From positions 1-47,208 of the forward strand of contig JBFFZZ010000001.1 in NCBI GenBank assembly GCA_041568335.1: a stretch of DNA of 47,208 nt, written 5' to 3'. The notes under the pieces were generated by a model, which was not told the origin of the DNA, searched no databases, and saw nothing but the letters and a program-made list of their open reading frames with translations. This stretch comes from Candidatus Polarisedimenticolaceae bacterium. Its GTDB lineage: Bacteria > Acidobacteriota > Polarisedimenticolia > Polarisedimenticolales > Polarisedimenticolaceae. The position numbers and the translations under genes were made by a program. The stretch's first letter is position 1, and each line of letters opens with the position of its first letter. Positions 18,630-26,520 of this stretch are shown piece after piece.

Positions 18630-19015
18630 CAGGACACCGTGCGTTTGCGGCTGAGGATCTTGCGGATGCGAGCCATCAGCTCGCGCGCGTTGAACGGCTT
18701 GATGACGTAATCGTCCGCCCCCTCTTCCAGACCCCGGACGATGTCCTCCTCTCGGTCGCGCATCGACAACAACAGGACCGGAAGGTCGCGAAATTTCTCG
18801 TTTCGCCGGATCGCCCGCAGCACCGAATAGCCGTCGCGGTACGGCATGACCAGATCGCTGACCACCATGGCGAGCTCGTGGCGCTCGACGATCTCGAGCG
18901 CGTGCGCGCCGTCCTCGGCGACGAGAACGTCGTGACCGTGCTCACGTAGCAACGACGCGATGAAACGCGCCGTGACCGGATCGTCGTCAACGACGAGAAT
19001 CTGGTTGTTCGCCAT
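18629..19015 (-). CDS. Stand-alone response-regulator receiver domain (CheY-like, no output domain).
   Basis: 128 aa: ILVVDDD (acidic pocket), MVVSDLVMP (phospho-acceptor Asp), LLLS, KPF (conserved Lys). The ATG at 19015 lies 2 nt after the upstream TAG. The 325-aa track ORF is an artefactual extension. Confidence 0.9.
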   Translation of the reverse strand: MANNQILVVDDDPVTARFIASLLREHGHDVLVAEDGAHALEIVERHELAMVVSDLVMPYRDGYSVLRAIRRNEKFRDLPVLLLSMRDREEDIVRGLEEGADDYVIKPFNARELMARIRKILSRKRTVS

Positions 19016-19017
19016 CG

Positions 19018-20559
19018 CTACCTCTCCCCGAGTCCTGCGCGCCACAACAAGCGGACACCGACCACAGTGGACTCGAATCCGCTCGCGGTCGTCGCGGCGT
19101 AGTCGCCGTGTTCCGCGTAAACCTCGAGCGTCATGCGGGCGGCCACGGGAAAGCCGGCGGTTCCGCCGAGCACGACCACGGTGTCGTCGTCGACGTCGAC
19201 GCCACTGAGCGTGAACGACTGCACGCCGGCGTCGAGGTAGAGGCGGTAGTAGTTGCCGCGCTTGCCGTATTCGTCGGCGACCCGTAGCTGAGCGAGGTGC
19301 GCGAGAAAATCTTGCGGCGCAAAGTACCCGTTGCCGGAGTCCAGGTCGTAGTCCATCCAGCGCGCCGTGTAGCCGGCCTGCATCCGCACCTTGCGGACGG
19401 GCAGGCGATAGAGGAACCCGGCGCTGGCGGTCACGCGGTCGTTGTCGTCGGAGAAATCGGCCACGCCTCCACCCGCATGCAGCGTGAAGCGATCTCCTAC
19501 CCCGCCGTTGACACGCACTTCGAGCTGGTCGAAATGGATGTTGTTGTCGGTGATCGGGGAGGAATATCGGATCGTGTGGCGCATCGCGGAGGCGTGCACC
19601 TGCCAACGACGATCGAGCCCGGCGGTGTAGGACAACCCGCCCAGAGGTTCGCTCTCGGTTGAGTCGTCGGTCCGTGTCAGGAAGTCGACACCCAGCGTGG
19701 CCGACAGCCGCTGTCCGCGCGACGGACGGAAACGGAGCGTCGCGTTGACGTTGTCGACCGAGGTGTCACCCGCCGGACCGGACATCTCGTAGCGGCCCGC
19801 GCCGAGATCGAGACGGATCTGGCGGCCGAGGCCGAGACCACCACGTACCAGAAAACGGGTCAGCTCGTTGTCGTCGGTGTCGTCGAGGTAGCTGGCGTCG
19901 ATGCTCCACCAGGCGCCGGCCGAGCGCGAGACGGCGTCGTAGAGCTTGCCGACCTCTGCGTGGTCCGGGTACTCGCGATCGAGCGCGACGGCCTGCTCGG
20001 CCGCGCTACCGATCTCCCCGGCCCACAGATCGAGGTAGGCCAGCCCGATCCGCGCATCCACGTTTCCGGGATCGACGTCGAGGACGTCCTGGTACGCCTC
20101 ACGGGCCTGGGTCGAACGGGCGGACCAGGCGTACGTGCGGGCCAGGCCGAGCCAGGCATCGACGTTCTGGTCGTCTCGCCGGATGAGTCCCTTGAAACGA
20201 ACGCGGGCTTCGCCGAAGCGCCGGTCCCACGAGAGCGTCTGCGCGCGACCGAGCAACGCATCGCGGTCGTCCGGATTGACGTCGAGCGCGCGGTCGTAAC
20301 GCTCGACCGCCTGCTCGAAGCGTCCCGACCACGAGAGGATCTTCGCCGTGCGCAACAGCGCCTGGAAGTTGTCGGGGTCGTCGACGAGCACTTGCTCGTA
20401 GAGCTCGAACGCGGCGGCGTGATCGCCGCTGTTCCAGGCGCGTTCGGCATCTTCGACCCCTCCCGCCAACGCGGGAAGGCCGGCCAGCAAAAGCACGGCA
20501 ACGACCCGGCCGAGCGACCGGAGGGGGTTCGCTCTTCGCTCACTCATGTCATCGTACAT
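19018..20559 (-). CDS. Outer-membrane exporter candidate: N-terminal TPR repeats fused to a C-terminal beta-barrel (PgaA/BcsC/YaiO-like architecture).
   Basis: Signal peptide RVVAVLLLAGLPALAGG. It has 5-6 TPR units (AAFELYEQVLVDDPDN..., AVERYDRALDVNPDD..., AREAYQDVLDVDPGN...). The C-terminal ~280 aa shows an alternating beta-strand pattern. The start is ambiguous: TTG 20571, ATG 20559 or ATG 20547. Confidence 0.7.
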   Translation of the reverse strand: MYDDMSERRANPLRSLGRVVAVLLLAGLPALAGGVEDAERAWNSGDHAAAFELYEQVLVDDPDNFQALLRTAKILSWSGRFEQAVERYDRALDVNPDDRDALLGRAQTLSWDRRFGEARVRFKGLIRRDDQNVDAWLGLARTYAWSARSTQAREAYQDVLDVDPGNVDARIGLAYLDLWAGEIGSAAEQAVALDREYPDHAEVGKLYDAVSRSAGAWWSIDASYLDDTDDNELTRFLVRGGLGLGRQIRLDLGAGRYEMSGPAGDTSVDNVNATLRFRPSRGQRLSATLGVDFLTRTDDSTESEPLGGLSYTAGLDRRWQVHASAMRHTIRYSSPITDNNIHFDQLEVRVNGGVGDRFTLHAGGGVADFSDDNDRVTASAGFLYRLPVRKVRMQAGYTARWMDYDLDSGNGYFAPQDFLAHLAQLRVADEYGKRGNYYRLYLDAGVQSFTLSGVDVDDDTVVVLGGTAGFPVAARMTLEVYAEHGDYAATTASGFESTVVGVRLLWRAGLGER

Positions 20560-20562
20560 ATG

Positions 20563-20593
20563 CAAGAACAACTGAATTAACTAGTCGTTCTTG
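20563..20593. promoter_or_regulatory. Imperfect inverted repeat (9/10 bp arms, 11-nt AT-rich spacer) in the divergent intergenic region. Candidate operator.
   Basis: CAAGAACAAC-tgaattaacta-GTCGTTCTTG sits in the most AT-rich stretch of the window. It lies between the exopolysaccharide operon start and dprA. Confidence 0.3.
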
Positions 20594-20755
20594 GCAGTTA
20601 GAAAATACGAATGGGTCATCCGGTTGCCACCGAATTCGTGTGGGGGGGACCATTGTCGCCCATTTGTGCTCTTTTGGCGTGACTCTTCGGAAAGGGTTGA
20701 CCGCGCGCGCTCCGGCGAAGATATTGAGCCCTGCCTCCTCGGGGAGGTTCGATCC

Positions 20756-21892
20756 ATGCCCCCGAGGCACCCCGCCGACTGGCTCGCGCTCAGCCTGCTC
20801 CCGGGCCTGGGCCCTACGACTCTGAATCGCCTCCTGGAGTCCTATCCCGACCCGCGCGAGATTGCGTACCGCCTGCCGCCCGAGGTGTTGGGTGCCGCCG
20901 GCCGGGGTGTCCATCCCGGCAAGATCCGGTCCGCGCGGCGGCGCCTGCGGCGTGAGGTCGACGCCGAGCTGCGCCGCGCGCGGGCCGCGGGCGTGACGAT
21001 CCTCACCCGGGACTCCACGGGGTTCCCCGCCGAGCTTCGCGAGATCCCGGCGGCCCCGATCCTTCTTTATGTGCGCGGCACGCTCTCGCTCGACCGGCCA
21101 CGGATCGCGATCGTCGGCTCGCGAGCCGCGTCGCGTTACGGACGGCGGTTCACCGAGGAGCTGGGCGGCGGGTTGGCGGCGCGCGGCTTCCAGATCGTCT
21201 CGGGCGGCGCGCGGGGAATCGACGCCTGCGCGCACCGCGGCGCGCTCGACGCGGGCGGCTCGACCGTCGCCGTCTTCGGATCCGGGTTGATGAAACCCTA
21301 CCCGACGGAAAACTACGAGTTGTTCGAGGAGATCCTCGAATCCGGTGCACTCGTCAGCGAGTTCCCGATGACCTGCCCGCCGAGCCAGGCGACCTTCCCG
21401 CAGCGAAACAGGGTCGTCAGCGGGCTGTCGGCCGGCGTCGTCGTCGTCGAGGCCGCGGCAAGGTCGGGCGCGTTGATCACCGTGACCCACGCCCTCGAGC
21501 AGGGCCGGGAGGTCTACGCGGTGCCGGGCCCGGTCACCTCGCACGTCTCGGCCGGAACGAACCGTTTGATCCAGGAAGGCGCGAAACTGGTGCAGCGGAT
21601 CGACGACATCATCGACGAGCTGCCGCCGCCCTACCGTGATGCGCTGCCAGCCGGCGCAGAGCTGCCCGAGGCGGTCGGGAAGGGGCCGGATCTGACGGAT
21701 CTCACGGCCGACGAGAAACGGGTGCTGGACATGTTGGATGTCGTGGAGCCGGTTCACGCCGACGATCTCGCGCTCGCCGCGCCCTTCGACGTCGCCCGGC
21801 TTCAGGTGGCGCTGTTCGGCTTGCAGCTGCGGGGCGCGGTCGACCTGGAACCGGGTCGCTACTATCTCCGACGGGACAAGAGCCCGGCCTGA
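20756..21892 (+). CDS. dprA: DNA-processing protein DprA (Smf).
   Basis: IAIVGSRAASRYG, VSGGARGIDACAH, FPQRNRVVSGLS, EAAARSGALIT and a C-terminal winged-helix-like tail. The ATG at 20756 follows GGGGAGG (20741-20747). Confidence 0.9.
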   Translation: MPPRHPADWLALSLLPGLGPTTLNRLLESYPDPREIAYRLPPEVLGAAGRGVHPGKIRSARRRLRREVDAELRRARAAGVTILTRDSTGFPAELREIPAAPILLYVRGTLSLDRPRIAIVGSRAASRYGRRFTEELGGGLAARGFQIVSGGARGIDACAHRGALDAGGSTVAVFGSGLMKPYPTENYELFEEILESGALVSEFPMTCPPSQATFPQRNRVVSGLSAGVVVVEAAARSGALITVTHALEQGREVYAVPGPVTSHVSAGTNRLIQEGAKLVQRIDDIIDELPPPYRDALPAGAELPEAVGKGPDLTDLTADEKRVLDMLDVVEPVHADDLALAAPFDVARLQVALFGLQLRGAVDLEPGRYYLRRDKSPA

Positions 21893-23358
21893 TGGGCGTA
21901 GTGCGCGAGGATCAAACCGACCGCCAGGACCGGGGGCGCCAGCATCAGGAACGCCCGGTCGCTCAGCCAGCCGCCGAAGTTCATCATGTAGCGCTGCATC
22001 GGGAACTCGAGCAGCGGACCCTCCAGGGGATTGATCGGCATCCAGAATCGCGAGAGCAGGAGGGCCGTCCCCGCGAACGTCCAGCTGAACGCCGGGCTCC
22101 AGCGAATCTCGTCGGCGGCCTTGAGCGTGAACGCGACGAAGAACGGGAACGCGAAGACGAGCTGACGCGACTCCGCGTTGAGACTCAGGAGCAGGTGACC
22201 CGCGATGAACCCGACCAACCCCAGACCGCAGGCGGCGACGTGCCGGTAGACCCGCGGCCACAGAAACACGGTGACCCAGACGATCGGCCCCCAGTAACCC
22301 ACGTGCGGGATCACGAACTGGAACGGCCGGACCAGGCCGCGACGAAACACATCGTGGGCGAAGTTCGTGAACGAACCGCCGCGGTGAACCGCGACGTCGT
22401 TGGACAGGTACGCAAACAGCAGCTTCGACAAGACGAGTATCGCCAGGATGAGGAGGAGTCTGCCGGGGCGCAGCTGGGCAAGCCAGGTCGCGGGTTTCAG
22501 GAGATCGCGGTTGTCGGCGACCGAACGCGCGACCAAGAACGTCCACAGCACGATCAGCGCGATGGTGAGTGGCAGCAGCGAAGCGACGATCGGAGCCTCG
22601 TCGTTGGGCGGGGAAACGTCGGTGGCGTAGTAGACGTAGAGCAGCACGGCGAGCATCGCGACCGCGGACCCGCCGGCCAGCAGCGTACGTCTCCCGGCGG
22701 GAACCCTGTCCGGAGGTTTGCTCGCGCGCGGGAACGCGTAGAGCAGGGCCCCGAAATAGATGATCGTCGGCCAGGAGAACGCGCCGATCACCGTGGTGGC
22801 CAGGACTCCCCAGGACCGGTCGCGCAGGTAGGCGTAGAGCAGGATCGCGCCCAACACCATCGCGGTCGGGTCGGTCGAGATGGGATTGAAGAACCACTCC
22901 TTCAGCACGGCGAAGTTCGCGAACAGCGCGACGCACCCGAGGATTCGGGTCCCGGGCTTCAACTCGAGCGCGTCGAGGATCCGGATCCAGACGAACGCGA
23001 GCAGGACGAACAACGCGCCGTGGTAGACCTCGAACCCACGCAACACGTTGGGCGAGATACGGAACGAGTAGCTCCACAGCTCGACTTCCTCGGCGTCGAG
23101 CGGCACGCCGAATACGCGCAAGCCGGCGTGCACGATGACCGGGGCGAGGATGCGCTGGATCTCGGCCGACGTGACTTTCTCGACGAGAATGCTGCGGTGG
23201 GGGTCCTGGGCCCAGGTTCCGAACCACAACCCGTCCCAGCCGTGACCCCACCGAAGCTCGATGCGTTCGCCCCACGCGAACCCGGCCAGGGCCGTGACGA
23301 CGAGAATCGAAAACAGCGCCCAGCGCAGACGTGTCGGGTTCGCGGTCACGAAACTCAC
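21862..23358 (-). CDS. Polytopic integral membrane protein of unknown function (about 12 TM segments, glycosyltransferase-C/polymerase-like topology).
   Basis: 498-aa ORF with hydrophobic segments throughout and a plausible amino-acid composition, unlike the Arg/Pro-rich overlapping frames. GTG start. I recognise no catalytic motif. Confidence 0.6.
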   Translation of the reverse strand: MSFVTANPTRLRWALFSILVVTALAGFAWGERIELRWGHGWDGLWFGTWAQDPHRSILVEKVTSAEIQRILAPVIVHAGLRVFGVPLDAEEVELWSYSFRISPNVLRGFEVYHGALFVLLAFVWIRILDALELKPGTRILGCVALFANFAVLKEWFFNPISTDPTAMVLGAILLYAYLRDRSWGVLATTVIGAFSWPTIIYFGALLYAFPRASKPPDRVPAGRRTLLAGGSAVAMLAVLLYVYYATDVSPPNDEAPIVASLLPLTIALIVLWTFLVARSVADNRDLLKPATWLAQLRPGRLLLILAILVLSKLLFAYLSNDVAVHRGGSFTNFAHDVFRRGLVRPFQFVIPHVGYWGPIVWVTVFLWPRVYRHVAACGLGLVGFIAGHLLLSLNAESRQLVFAFPFFVAFTLKAADEIRWSPAFSWTFAGTALLLSRFWMPINPLEGPLLEFPMQRYMMNFGGWLSDRAFLMLAPPVLAVGLILAHYAHQAGLLSRRR

Positions 23359-23616
23359 GGCGGTGCCCCGGGAGGGATCTTAGCCGGGATTCGGGCGGAC
23401 GCGAAACCGGTCATCCGGCGAAACGATGGTATGGTCGAGGCGTTGCCGTCGCCCAACCGCCAGGTGTGACCCGGCGGCGGCGATCTTCCCGAAACGCTTG
23501 AAAAGGGCCGGATCGGGCGGATTCAGGCGGCGTCTCTCGGCCCGCGGCCGGAAGACGCGGTTGATCTGGAACCCGGCCGGTACTATCTTCTGCGCCCTCG
23601 GAGGGAGCCCTGAGTC

Positions 23617-26163
23617 ATGGCCAAGTCTCTGGTCATCGTTGAATCGCCGGCAAAAGCGAAGACGATCAACAAGTTCTTGGGCCGCGACTTCACGGTCAAG
23701 GCCTCGATGGGCCACGTGCGCGACCTGCCCAAACGCACGCTGGGGGTCGATGAAGAGTCCTTCGAGCCCGAGTACGCCGTCCTTCCCGATAAAAAGAAGA
23801 CGCTGGCCGAGCTGAAGAAGTCGGCCAAGATCGCCGAGGCGGTTTACCTCGCGTCCGATCCCGATCGCGAGGGCGAGGCGATCTGCTGGCACCTGATGGA
23901 CGAGCTGCGCAAGGGCACCAAGGCGGCGTTCCACCGCGTACTGTTCAACGAGATCACCAAGCGCGCCATCCTCGCCGCCTTCGAATCGCCGCTCGAAATC
24001 GACATGAACAAGGTCGAGGCCCAGCAGGCGCGGCGCATCCTCGATCGCCTGGTCGGCTACAAGATCTCGCCGCTGTTGTGGGACAAGGTGCGCCGCGGTC
24101 TCTCGGCCGGGCGAGTCCAGAGCGTGGCGTTGCGTATCATCTGCGAGCGCGAGCGGTTGATCCAGCAGTTCAAACCGCGCGAATACTGGTCGCTGACCGC
24201 GCGGCTGGCCGGCGAGAACCCGCCGGAATTCCCCGCCAAGCTGGTGCTGCGCGACGGGAGGAAGATCGAGCCCGCCAACGAGCCGGAGGCCAGCGAGGTG
24301 CTCGACGAGCTCGGCTACAAGCTGGTCACGAAGCCGGGCGAGGACAAAGGTACGCTGGTCGCCGACGCGGAAGCCGTCGATCCGGCACCGTTCAAAGTCA
24401 CCTCGATCCAGGCCCGTGAAAAGAGAAAGAATCCGTTCCCACCGTTCATCACGTCGAAGCTCCAGCAAGATGCCTCGCGGCAGCTCGGGTTCACCGTCAA
24501 GAAGACGATGCGTGTGGCGCAGGGCCTCTACGAGGGCCGCGAGATCGGCGATGCCGGGACGGTCGGTCTGATCACCTACATGCGCACGGACTCGACGCGT
24601 GTCGCCGACGAGGCGATCGCCGCCGCACGCGCTTTCATCGGAACGACCTACGGAAAGAAAGCTCTGCCGGAGAAGGCCCGCGTCTACAAGGTGGCCAAAC
24701 AGGCGCAGGAGGCGCACGAGGCGATCCGCCCGACATCGATGGAGTTCACCCCCGAGCGAGTCAAGCGGGACCTCGGAAAAGACGAGTACCGGTTGTACAC
24801 GCTGATCTGGAACCGCTTCATCGCATCGCAGATGAGGGCCGCCCGGTTCGACGTGACGCGTGTCGACATCGAGGCCGGCCGCTACACCTTTCGCGCCAAC
24901 GGCTCGGTGCTCAAGTTCCCCGGATGGCTCGCGGTCTACCACGTCGGCAAGGCGGAGGACCCGCGTGACCGCGAAGACGACGACGCCGACAGCGAGGATC
25001 GCCGGCTGCCGCGGCTCAGCGAGGGCGAGGTGCTCCAGGCCGAGGAACTACTCCCGAAACAACACTTCACGCAACCGCCGGCGCGTTTCTCAGAGGCCAC
25101 GCTGGTCAAAGAGCTCGAGGAGAACGGGATCGGACGCCCGTCGACCTACGCCACGATCCTGTCGACGATCATGGACCGCGACTACGTCGTCAAGGACAAG
25201 CGACGGTTCTCGCCCACCGAGCTGGGGTTCCTGGTCAACGAGCTGATGGTCGCCTCGTTCGGCGACATCGTCGACGTGGGCTACACCGCGCAGATGGAAG
25301 TGCTGCTGGACCAAATCGAGGAGGGCGATCTCGACTGGATCGACGCACTGCGCGATTTTCAGGAGAAGTTCAGCAAAGACCTCGAACGGGCGAAGGTCGA
25401 GATGCGCGACGTCAAGCGCGAGGCGATCCCGACCGATCAGAGCTGCGACAAGTGCGGCAAGATGATGGTGCTCAAGTGGGGCCGGTTCGGTCAGTTCCTG
25501 GCCTGTTCCGGCTACCCCGACTGCAAGAACACCCGCGATCTCGCCAACGACGTGGAGATCGAGTCCACCAACGGCAAGGGTGGTCGAGCCGCGGCCAAGA
25601 CCGCCAAGGTCAACGCGGCGCCCAGCCAGGTCGAGATCGAGGCGGACCCCTGCGAGAAGTGCGGCGAGGCGATGGTGCTGCGACGTGGGCGCTACGGTCC
25701 GTTCCTCGCCTGCTCGTCCTACCCGGACTGCAAGAACACACGCAAGGTCACGATGACCAAGGACGGCAAGGCGGAGGCCAAGGCCGACCGTCTGCTCGAT
25801 CATGAATGCCCCAAGTGCGGCTCCAAGCTCGCCGTCAAACAGGGCCGCTACGGGGAGTTCACCGCCTGCTCGAGCTACCCCAAGTGCCGTTTCGTCAAGA
25901 TGAAGGAAACCGGGGTCAAGTGCCCCGAGTGCGCCGACGGCCAGGTCGTCGAGCGACGCAGCAAGCGCGGCAAGCTGTTCTACGGCTGCAGTGCGTTCCC
26001 CGATTGCAACTTCGTGACCTGGAAAAAGCCGGTCGACAAGGAATGCCCCGAGTGCGGTGCCAGCTACCTGGTCGAACGGATGACCAAGAAGGCGGGGCAC
26101 CAGTTTCTCTGCGACAGCGAGAACTGTAGCCACGTCGAAACAGCCGAAGCCGTCAAGGGATGA
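23617..26163 (+). CDS. topA: DNA topoisomerase I.
   Basis: Toprim start LVIVESPAKAKTI, active-site Tyr block GLITYMRTDSTRV, and five C-terminal zinc-ribbon units (CDKCG..CSGYPDCKN, CEKCG..CSSYPDCKN, CPKCG..CSSYPKCRF, CPECA..CSAFPDCNF, CPECG..CDSENCSH). SD GGAGGGAG lies before the ATG. Confidence 0.97.
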   Translation: MAKSLVIVESPAKAKTINKFLGRDFTVKASMGHVRDLPKRTLGVDEESFEPEYAVLPDKKKTLAELKKSAKIAEAVYLASDPDREGEAICWHLMDELRKGTKAAFHRVLFNEITKRAILAAFESPLEIDMNKVEAQQARRILDRLVGYKISPLLWDKVRRGLSAGRVQSVALRIICERERLIQQFKPREYWSLTARLAGENPPEFPAKLVLRDGRKIEPANEPEASEVLDELGYKLVTKPGEDKGTLVADAEAVDPAPFKVTSIQAREKRKNPFPPFITSKLQQDASRQLGFTVKKTMRVAQGLYEGREIGDAGTVGLITYMRTDSTRVADEAIAAARAFIGTTYGKKALPEKARVYKVAKQAQEAHEAIRPTSMEFTPERVKRDLGKDEYRLYTLIWNRFIASQMRAARFDVTRVDIEAGRYTFRANGSVLKFPGWLAVYHVGKAEDPRDREDDDADSEDRRLPRLSEGEVLQAEELLPKQHFTQPPARFSEATLVKELEENGIGRPSTYATILSTIMDRDYVVKDKRRFSPTELGFLVNELMVASFGDIVDVGYTAQMEVLLDQIEEGDLDWIDALRDFQEKFSKDLERAKVEMRDVKREAIPTDQSCDKCGKMMVLKWGRFGQFLACSGYPDCKNTRDLANDVEIESTNGKGGRAAAKTAKVNAAPSQVEIEADPCEKCGEAMVLRRGRYGPFLACSSYPDCKNTRKVTMTKDGKAEAKADRLLDHECPKCGSKLAVKQGRYGEFTACSSYPKCRFVKMKETGVKCPECADGQVVERRSKRGKLFYGCSAFPDCNFVTWKKPVDKECPECGASYLVERMTKKAGHQFLCDSENCSHVETAEAVKG

Positions 26164-26480
26164 TCGGCGACCCCACCCCGAAACAGATCACCCCGTTCCC
26201 CAGCGGCGAGATCGGCATCGTCTGGTCCGACGGCCACGAGTCCTACTACGACCCCCATCGGTTGCGCTGCGCCTGCAGCTGCGCGCGTTGCGTCGACGAG
26301 ATGACCGGCCGCAAGGTCCTCGATGACGGCGGCGTGCCGACGGAGGTCCGCATCAAGGCGATCCACCCCGTCGGCAACTACGGTTACGGGATCGAGTGGA
26401 CCGACGGTCACGACACCGGGATCTACACCTTCAAGCACCTGCGCGAGCTTTGCGGCTGCGGCGAGTGCGGCGGATCCTAG
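26160..26480 (+). CDS. DUF971-family small protein (gamma-butyrobetaine-hydroxylase N-terminal-like, Cys-rich).
   Basis: IVWSDGHESYYDPHRLRCACSCARCVDE ... GNYGYGIEWTDGHDTGIYTF matches the DUF971 pattern as I remember it. ATGA overlap with the topA stop. Confidence 0.7.
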   Translation: MIGDPTPKQITPFPSGEIGIVWSDGHESYYDPHRLRCACSCARCVDEMTGRKVLDDGGVPTEVRIKAIHPVGNYGYGIEWTDGHDTGIYTFKHLRELCGCGECGGS

Positions 26481-26520
26481 ACCGCTCCCCTTTTCGGGCT
26501 CGCTGGACTATCCTCGGCGC

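Noticed and set aside
20590-20606. A possible sigma-54 promoter at cTTGGCAGttagaaaata.
   Set aside because: The -24-like TGGCA is present, but there is no TTGC -12 element at the required spacing.
23561-23586. TTGATC ... TACTAT upstream of topA as a sigma-70 promoter.
   Set aside because: The hexamers are only 14 nt apart, too short for a functional -35/-10 pair. It might still act as an extended -10-type promoter, but the sequence alone does not support that.
20549-26133. ORFs 20549..23275 (908 aa, minus), 21892..23469 (525 aa, plus), 23380..24942 (520 aa, minus) and 25090..26133 (347 aa, minus).
   Set aside because: They are shadow ORFs of dprA, the polytopic membrane gene and topA. They are Arg/Asp/Gly-rich with no motifs. 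topA and dprA are unambiguous.
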